64,000 nt of DNA from Thermoanaerobaculales bacterium. Its GTDB lineage: Bacteria > Acidobacteriota > Thermoanaerobaculia > Thermoanaerobaculales > Sulfomarinibacteraceae. A program made the translations under genes and the position numbers. The notes beneath the pieces are model-generated. The model was not told where the DNA came from, did not search any database, and saw nothing but the letters and a program-made list of their open reading frames with translations. Positions 62,641 through 64,000 of this stretch are shown here, piece by piece; position 1 is the first letter of the stretch; each line of letters begins with the position of its first letter. The stretch lies in assembly GCA_025456145.1 (NCBI GenBank), contig JALOLD010000009.1, forward strand, positions 64,899 to 128,898. Direction: 5' to 3'.

Positions 62641-62997
62641 TCACGGACCTTTCAGGCTCTTCAGCATCACCAAGAGCCACTTCGCCGGCGATGGCGCGCG
62701 CACCGCGTGGGGTACGTCGGCCGGCATGAGAATCGCCTCGCCGGCGCCGAGCGTGTGCTCCTCGCCGGCGATCGAGACCACCAGAGCGCCGTCGAGCAGG
62801 TGGACCAGCGCGTCGAACGGCGCGCTGTGCTCGGCCAGCGCCTGGCCGGTGTCGAAGGCGAAGGCGGTGACGTTGCCGCCGTCGGTCCGCATCAGGGTCC
62901 GGCTGACGATTGCGCCCGGCGCCACCTCGACGACGGCGGCCATCCGCTGAACGCTCGATGGCTGCAAGGCGCCCGTGGGGTTGTCGGTGGTTCTCAT
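62641..62997 (-). CDS. Cupin-domain protein
   Basis: ATG at 62997 preceded by GAGGAGG. 118 aa. Cupin motifs are AEHSAPFDALVHLLDG and PADVPHAV. Confidence 0.8.
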   Translation of the reverse strand: MRTTDNPTGALQPSSVQRMAAVVEVAPGAIVSRTLMRTDGGNVTAFAFDTGQALAEHSAPFDALVHLLDGALVVSIAGEEHTLGAGEAILMPADVPHAVRAPSPAKWLLVMLKSLKGP

Positions 62998-63125
62998 CTC
63001 GACCTCCTCATCCGCTTCCGAGCCAGGGTAACGCAGAGGGCTCTCGAGGTCGTTGACGCCGGTCAAGAACGGTAACCCACGTATACTGCGAGGAGGCGAG
63101 GACCGACGGAACGCCGAGGCAAGAG

Positions 63126-64000
63126 GTGGTCACCGAGATCGACAACCCCGAGCACGACGGCCCGAGCGGGACCTGTCCGGTCACCGGCCTGCCGGTGGTC
63201 CGCCGTCCCGAGTGGACCAATGTCGAGGCCGACTCCGGGTATCTGGTCACCGTCGAGGTCATCGGCGGTCGAATCCTGCGCAGCCGCCCCCGGGGGTTCG
63301 CCACGGGGACCGGCGTCGAGCGGGTCAACGAACTCCACCGGCGAGCGGCGGCCTCGGCGATCGTCCCGGGCGGGCCGTACGTCCATATCGCCGACTACTC
63401 GGCGTTCAAGGGCGCCTCCGCGGAGGCCCGGCGGCTCTTCGCCGACGACCTGCGCGAGCGGGAGGGCCTCGCAGCCGTCATCTTCCACGACGCCTCGCCG
63501 TTCTTCAGCCTCGCCATCCGGCTCGGCCGCCACCTCTACCGCCTCCACATGCCGGTCGAGATCGCCGTCGACGAGGCCGGCGCGCTGCGGCGGGCGATCG
63601 AGATTCTCGAGGAGGAGGGGATCGGCGGGCTGCCCGAGATCGGCGGGGCGCCCCAGTCACCACCACCCGAGACCGGGACGCTCGAGCTCGACCACTACCG
63701 GGTCTCGTACCAGATCGTCGACGGACACATCGTCCACGGCCGCTCGTTCGGCCTGCTCGGCGTCAAGGAGATGGAGCGCCATCTCGAGCTCGAGTCGATG
63801 GTGCTGATGTCGATCGACGCGCGCAAGGGGGACCCGGTCTTCGTCGTCGACCTCTCCGGTCTCGACGGCGTGACGGCGGCCGCCCGCAGGCTCTATGTCG
63901 CGAGCCTGCGCAGCCGGCAGCGGATCCACCCGGTGGCGCTCTATGTCTGCTACGGCGTCAACCAGGTGATCCGGAACGCGATCAACATCTCGCGACCCTT
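63126..64000 (+). CDS. Hypothetical protein with two tandem STAS-like modules (3' end outside window)
   Basis: This frame is not in the supplied ORF track because it runs off the window. It is open from 63057 and the first start is GTG 63126. GC3 bias is strong. It has an internal duplication (…ADYSAFKGASAEARRLF… vs …VDLSGLDGVTAAARRLY…). Confidence 0.6.
   Translation, partial: MVTEIDNPEHDGPSGTCPVTGLPVVRRPEWTNVEADSGYLVTVEVIGGRILRSRPRGFATGTGVERVNELHRRAAASAIVPGGPYVHIADYSAFKGASAEARRLFADDLREREGLAAVIFHDASPFFSLAIRLGRHLYRLHMPVEIAVDEAGALRRAIEILEEEGIGGLPEIGGAPQSPPPETGTLELDHYRVSYQIVDGHIVHGRSFGLLGVKEMERHLELESMVLMSIDARKGDPVFVVDLSGLDGVTAAARRLYVASLRSRQRIHPVALYVCYGVNQVIRNAINISRP

Noticed and set aside
63063-63929. 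Listed ORFs 63220..63807 +, 63063..63548 - and 63657..63929 -
   Set aside because: They are compositionally biased (Arg/Ser/Pro-rich). They overlap a better frame (from 63126, open to the window end) that has strong GC3 bias and an internal domain duplication.

Overview
Window from a visibly very GC-rich genome (roughly 70% by eye, not computed). The host is a diderm bacterium: it carries Mla lipid-transport genes, a TonB-dependent receptor and an Omp85-type patatin autotransporter. The window is almost fully coding. I support about 65 CDS, one tRNA-Ala(CGC), a few terminators/operators and two structured intergenic repeats. I saw no rRNA, CRISPR array, transposase or integrase.

Many long ORFs in the supplied track are GC-driven shadow frames (Arg/Pro/Gly-rich, antisense or out of frame to real genes) and were discarded. 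Several listed ORFs needed internal starts.

Housekeeping blocks:
- SNF2 helicase 3' end
- GH57 plus GalT-like glucan genes
- PolX
- HAMP/HD-GYP sensor
- ftsY
- ribD-ribE plus dodecin
- a DUF2520/panB/panC/coaC/coaB/panD supercluster

Most interesting blocks:
1. 45.2-52.6 kb, minus strand: a TetR-headed bacterial microcompartment (BMC) locus. It has RpiB, DeoC and an acylating aldehyde dehydrogenase, each with an N-terminal encapsulation-peptide-like helix. The shell set is 1 BMC-H, 2 BMC-T and 3 BMC-P. There are two related intercistronic hairpins, one with perfect 30-nt arms, and the distal end is a rearrangement scar containing a duplicated BMC-P 5' fragment. No PduL or alcohol dehydrogenase is present in the window.
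2. 29.9-35.5 kb: a seven-gene operon joining a partner-switching module (FHA-GAF-PP2C phosphatase, RsbW-like kinase, STAS protein) directly to MlaE/MlaF/MlaD and a PqiC-like lipoprotein, with no sigma factor.
3. 52.8-57.9 kb: an apparent single-polypeptide cytochrome b(8 TM)-Rieske fusion. It is translationally coupled to a multihaem cytochrome c with HEAT/TPR repeats and followed by a TauE-family permease.
4. A rubredoxin-glutamate-synthase-like fusion with rubrerythrin, a PlpD-type (type Vd) patatin autotransporter, and an LPXTG-type sorting signal in this diderm context.

All functional calls rest on motif and family recognition by eye; no database search was run.
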